Shown piece by piece: positions 34,485-40,211 of a stretch of 40,211 nucleotides of DNA (position 1 is its first letter; the number at the start of each line of letters is the position of its first letter). The notes under the pieces were generated by a model. That model was given only the letters and a program-made list of their open reading frames with translations. It did not search any database and was not told the origin of the DNA. The DNA is from Dehalococcoidia bacterium SM23_28_2. Its GTDB lineage: Bacteria > Chloroflexota > Dehalococcoidia > SM23-28-2. The translations under genes were made by a program, and so were the position numbers. The stretch is taken from assembly GCA_001303545.1 (NCBI GenBank), contig LJUA01000001.1:1-40211 (forward strand), written 5' to 3'.

Positions 34485-35368
34485 ACCCGCCTCAGGACGC
34501 GCTTACCGAAAATACCGGTCGGTCTGATCACCAACACCAAGATGATGATGAAGACGGTCACTGTCAGGGCCATCTCGGGCCCCAGCCATTCCTTGGGAGT
34601 GTAGGTCCCCACCAGGCTCTCGGTTACGCCGATAATGAGGCCTCCCACGACCGCCCCAAAGGGGCTGTCCAAGCCTCCCAAGACGGCGGCGGCGAAGGCG
34701 TAGAGGAGCACGGCCAACATCATGGGGGGCTGCAGCAGAACAATGGGGGCAACGAACATCCCCGCCACTGCCCCCACAGACGCCGAGAGAGCCCAACCCA
34801 GAGTTAGCATGCGACCAACGCGGATGCCCATCAGCCGACTGGCCGTCGCGTTCTGAGCGGTGGCTCGCATCGCCAGGCCGAGAGGGGTGTACTGGAAGAA
34901 AACATACAAGCCAATCATGATCAGCGCCGCGAAAAGCATGATCGCCAGGTCATGAACGCTGAGGACAACGGCCCCCAGCTTGACCGTCTCATCATTAATG
35001 GGATAGTGGCTAAAGGCTTGGGGCTGGCCACCCCAGACTATGGTTGCTACGTTGCTGAAGATGGCGAATAGGCCGAGGGTGACGATGATGACGTTCAGGG
35101 TGGGCGCTCCCTCCACCGGCCGTATGACCACCCGCTCGATCAAGGCGCCGAGGCCCCCCGCCATGAGCAGGATCAAAATGAAGACGAGCCAGTAGGTCCC
35201 CCAGTGAAGCATCGTCCAGGCCACGAAGGTGGTGAACATGGCCATCTCACCCTGAGCGAAGTTGATGACGGTGGTGGAGCGATAAATAAGGACTAGGGCC
35301 AGGGCCAGCAGTCCGTAGATGCTGCCGGTGGCCAAGCCCGCTGCCACCTGCTGCAATAATTCGTCCAC
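34481..35368 (-). CDS. livH: Branched-chain amino acid ABC transporter permease (LivH-like)
   Basis: The 295-aa protein contains LIYRSTTVINFAQGEMAMFTTFVAW and RATAQNATASRLMGIRVGRMLTLGWALSASVGAVAG. Confidence 0.9.
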   Translation of the reverse strand: MDELLQQVAAGLATGSIYGLLALALVLIYRSTTVINFAQGEMAMFTTFVAWTMLHWGTYWLVFILILLMAGGLGALIERVVIRPVEGAPTLNVIIVTLGLFAIFSNVATIVWGGQPQAFSHYPINDETVKLGAVVLSVHDLAIMLFAALIMIGLYVFFQYTPLGLAMRATAQNATASRLMGIRVGRMLTLGWALSASVGAVAGMFVAPIVLLQPPMMLAVLLYAFAAAVLGGLDSPFGAVVGGLIIGVTESLVGTYTPKEWLGPEMALTVTVFIIILVLVIRPTGIFGKRVLRRV

Positions 35369-35386
35369 TTCGCCTCTCCCTGGTCC

Positions 35387-36229
35387 CTAGTAACCCAGAT
35401 AGGAGCGCCGCACCGCCTCGTCCTTCTGCAGGTTCTCGCTGGTGTCCGCCAAGACGATTCGGCCCGTCTCCAGAACGTAGCCCCGATGGGCGATGTCCAG
35501 GGCGAGGCTAGCGTTCTGTTCCACTAGGAGAATGGTCATTCCTTGGGTTCGGTTGATGGTCTCAATGATGCGAAAGATCTCCTGCGTTACCATGGGGGCA
35601 AGGCCCATGGACGGCTCATCGAGCAGGAGAAGGCGCGGGTTAGCCATTAGTCCGCGGGCGATGGCCAGCATCTGCTGCTCGCCCCCGCTGAGCGTACCTG
35701 ACATCTGCTTCCTTCGCTCGGCCAGGATGGGGAAGTGCTCGAATACCTGGTTGAGAGCCGCTTCGAAGTCTCGTCTTCGCCGCCGATATTGCCCGATCTC
35801 GCGCGCCGCGTCTCGAATGCCGCCGGTAGCGGCATGGAACAGGTCATGTCGAAGTCGGCCAAGTGGAGACAGATCCTCACGGTGGACCCGACGTCCGTCG
35901 CCGTGAGCTCTGGCGAACCTGGAGTAGGCCCCCAGCCTTAGATTCTCCAGCACAGTGAGTTCGCTGAAAAGCTGCCGCCCCTCGGGCACGTGAGAGATGC
36001 CAAGGGCGACGATCTCCTCCGCCGACATACGGTCGATCCGCCGCCCCTCGAACTCGATGGCGCCCTCCTTGGGTCGAAGCAGGCCCGATATGGCCCGCAG
36101 GGTGGAGCTCTTGCCAGCGCCGTTGGCCCCGAGCACCGTTACGATGCTTCCCTCCTGCACCTCCAGGGAGATGCCGTGGAGGGCAACGATGGGCCCGTAG
36201 GCCGCGATGACATCGCGAACCGCTAACAT
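35387..36229 (-). CDS. livF: Branched-chain amino acid ABC transporter ATP-binding protein (LivF-like) with an internal insertion
   Basis: The protein has Walker A GANGAGKSST, the signature LSGGEQQMLAIARGL, Walker B LLLLDEPSMGLAP and the C-terminal AVRRSYLGY. An extra segment of about 45 aa lies between the Q-loop region and the signature motif. Confidence 0.9.
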   Translation of the reverse strand: MLAVRDVIAAYGPIVALHGISLEVQEGSIVTVLGANGAGKSSTLRAISGLLRPKEGAIEFEGRRIDRMSAEEIVALGISHVPEGRQLFSELTVLENLRLGAYSRFARAHGDGRRVHREDLSPLGRLRHDLFHAATGGIRDAAREIGQYRRRRRDFEAALNQVFEHFPILAERRKQMSGTLSGGEQQMLAIARGLMANPRLLLLDEPSMGLAPMVTQEIFRIIETINRTQGMTILLVEQNASLALDIAHRGYVLETGRIVLADTSENLQKDEAVRRSYLGY

Positions 36230-36234
36230 GTTCT

Positions 36235-37050
36235 CTACTCGCCCAGGTAGGCCTCAATGACGGCGGGGTTGCTTTGCACCTCCGCCGGCGTCCCCTCGGC
36301 GATCTTTCGGCCGAAGTTGAGGACGCAAATGCGATCGGAAATGGGCATGACAAGCTCCATATGGTGCTCAACCACCAGGATGGTCACCCGGAATTCGTCT
36401 CGCACGCTCTTAATGACTTCACCTAGGTGCCCCAGCTCTTCATGGCTGAGACCGCTCGCTGGCTCGTCGAGAAGGATCATCCGTGGCCTGGCGACCAGCG
36501 CCCGTGCCAGCTCCACATTCTTCTGAATGCCGAAGGAAAGGGCGCCAGCCGGTATGTTCTTTACCTGCTCCAGGCCAAGGAATTTAACCACTTCCTCCGC
36601 CGTATCCCGCGCCAACCGCTCCTCTCTCCACGACGTCGGCAGACGGGCGGCGCAGGCAAACACCTCTCGAAATGCGTGGATGGCGGCGTTGGCGTGTCGC
36701 CAGAACAGGCCCTTTCGGAGGGGTGGGGAGAAGCGACTGTGCTGGCCCACCAGCAGGTTCTGTATGACGGTCATAGTCTTGAACAGCTCTACGTTCTGGA
36801 AGGTGCGAGCGATACCCGTGTTCACAACGTCGTCCGGGCCCATCTTCACCAGATCATAGTCATCGAAGCGAATACTTCCCCGGTCGGGGTCGTAGATACG
36901 GCTTATGCAGTTGAAGAGGGTGGTCTTGCCAGCGCCATTGGGCCCGATGAGACTTACGATTTCGCCCGGATGAACATCAAGCGATACGTCGTCCAGGGCA
37001 ATGATCCCACCGAAGGACCTAGTGAGCTCGCGTATCTCTAATCCAGTCAC
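36235..37050 (-). CDS. livG: Branched-chain amino acid ABC transporter ATP-binding protein (LivG-like)
   Basis: The protein has Walker A GPNGAGKTTLFN, IARTFQNVELF, the LivG-type insertion after LVGQHSRF, Walker B ILLDEPASGLS and the C-terminal NPAVIEAYLGE. The start is GTG. Confidence 0.9.
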   Translation of the reverse strand: MTGLEIRELTRSFGGIIALDDVSLDVHPGEIVSLIGPNGAGKTTLFNCISRIYDPDRGSIRFDDYDLVKMGPDDVVNTGIARTFQNVELFKTMTVIQNLLVGQHSRFSPPLRKGLFWRHANAAIHAFREVFACAARLPTSWREERLARDTAEEVVKFLGLEQVKNIPAGALSFGIQKNVELARALVARPRMILLDEPASGLSHEELGHLGEVIKSVRDEFRVTILVVEHHMELVMPISDRICVLNFGRKIAEGTPAEVQSNPAVIEAYLGE

Positions 37051-37110
37051 AACCCTAGAGAAAAACTACTGTTGGCATGTCTTGCAGGGCGTTTAGATTC
37101 AGCCCCGAAT

Positions 37111-37138
37111 ATAATAATGGTTTTGTCTTTAGGCGCAA
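37111..37138 (-). promoter_or_regulatory. Putative liv operon promoter (TTGCGC-16 nt-TATTAT)
   Basis: This is a sequence match in the AT-rich livG/valS divergent spacer. Confidence 0.35.
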
Positions 37139-37210
37139 GTGCTGCCGGCAATAACTGTCATAAAATTGTTCGAGAAATAACCTTCTACATGGGCCAGCGC
37201 CCGAATTGGT

Positions 37211-37239
37211 TTGACGCAGACATGCACGAATATTACAAT
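37211..37239 (+). promoter_or_regulatory. Putative valS promoter (TTGACG-17 nt-TACAAT)
   Basis: The sequence reads TTGACGcagacatgcacgaatatTACAAT. The leader contains a 9-bp helix, AGGGCGGCA (37249-37257) with TGCCGCCCT (37287-37295). Confidence 0.45.
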
Positions 37240-37335
37240 GCTAACACCTAGGGCGGCAAGCCTATCCCCACTGTCCGGGGCAAGTCTGCCGCCCTGTGTC
37301 GTGCTTGCATGACGCCAGGCAGGGAGCCGCTGACG

Positions 37336-40059
<2,724 letters not shown>

Positions 40060-40086
40060 ACCTATGAAGAGTACGGCAATGACGAA

Positions 40087-40117
40087 GGGCCTGAGCACAT
40101 CCGCTCAGGCCCTTTTT
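40087..40117. terminator. Intrinsic terminator after valS, probably bidirectional
   Basis: GGGCCTGAGC-acatcc-GCTCAGGCCC forms a 10-bp stem followed by TTTTT on the + strand. It is preceded by the equivalent A-tract, so it can also serve the convergent minus-strand gene. Confidence 0.7.
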
Positions 40118-40137
40118 CTGTCCGACGGGCTCGCGCT

Positions 40138-40211
40138 CTACAGGACGGGCAGGTAGCGCTTGATCTCGTAGTCGGTGACGTGGCGGCGGTAATCGCTCCA
40201 CTCGATGAGCT
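40138..40211 (-). CDS. 3' end (24 codons) of a convergent gene running off the window; the C-terminus resembles type I glutamine synthetase
   Basis: Manual translation of the minus strand gives ...LIEWSDYRRHVTDYEIKRYLPVL, ending at TAG 40138-40140. The pattern EW..YR..VT.(W/Y)E...Y resembles GlnA C-termini as I recall them. The fragment is very short, so this is tentative. Confidence 0.35.
   Translation of the reverse strand, partial: LIEWSDYRRHVTDYEIKRYLPVL

Noticed and set aside
37240-37335. Possible T-box or other riboswitch in the valS leader.
   Set aside because: The predicted leader is only about 90 nt, with a single simple helix. That is too short, and it lacks T-box sequence elements.

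Overview
High-GC bacterial chromosomal segment, almost fully coding, made of core housekeeping genes in alternating-strand blocks. (1) + strand 1-6072: a 5'-partial SLT-domain lytic transglycosylase, then rpmH-rnpA-yidD-[PQQ beta-propeller lipoprotein]-yidC-jag, a PfkB kinase and a DinB-family protein. (2) - strand 6035-15000: a tight polyamine operon (speH-like, deoxyhypusine-synthase-like, agmatinase), a Firmicutes-like yacL-ispD-ispF-cysE-cysS block, a VTT/DedA-type membrane protein and a tandem universal stress protein. (3) + strand 15117-18391: a B12-binding radical SAM protein and a DsbA-like/VKOR pair. (4) - strand 18457-26722: rpoB-rpoC. (5) + strand 27127-31610: prs, secA and a hypothetical protein. 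(6) - strand 31683-37050: livG-livF-livH-livM plus a substrate-binding protein. (7) + strand: valS, then a 24-codon C-terminal fragment of a convergent gene at the window edge. I found no tRNA, rRNA, CRISPR array, transposase, integrase, phage or recognisable defence gene. I see no convincing novel multi-gene system; this looks like an ordinary core region. The items most worth a second look are: a consensus promoter followed by a roughly 200-nt repeat-containing structured leader that ends in a terminator hairpin, upstream of the VTT membrane protein (13766-14070), which I could not assign to a known RNA family; a promoter plus terminator mini-unit in the rpoB/prs divergent spacer; the speH-like/DHS-like/agmatinase operon; lineage-specific insertions and an acidic repeat tail in beta-prime; and a lipoprotein gene that appears to need an ATT start codon. 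Gene order, the short YidC and the DsbA+VKOR pair suggest a Terrabacteria-type (possibly Chloroflexota-like) organism, but that is inference only. All family calls come from reading motifs in the translations. No database search was run, and comparisons to E. coli, B. subtilis or Thermus proteins are from memory.
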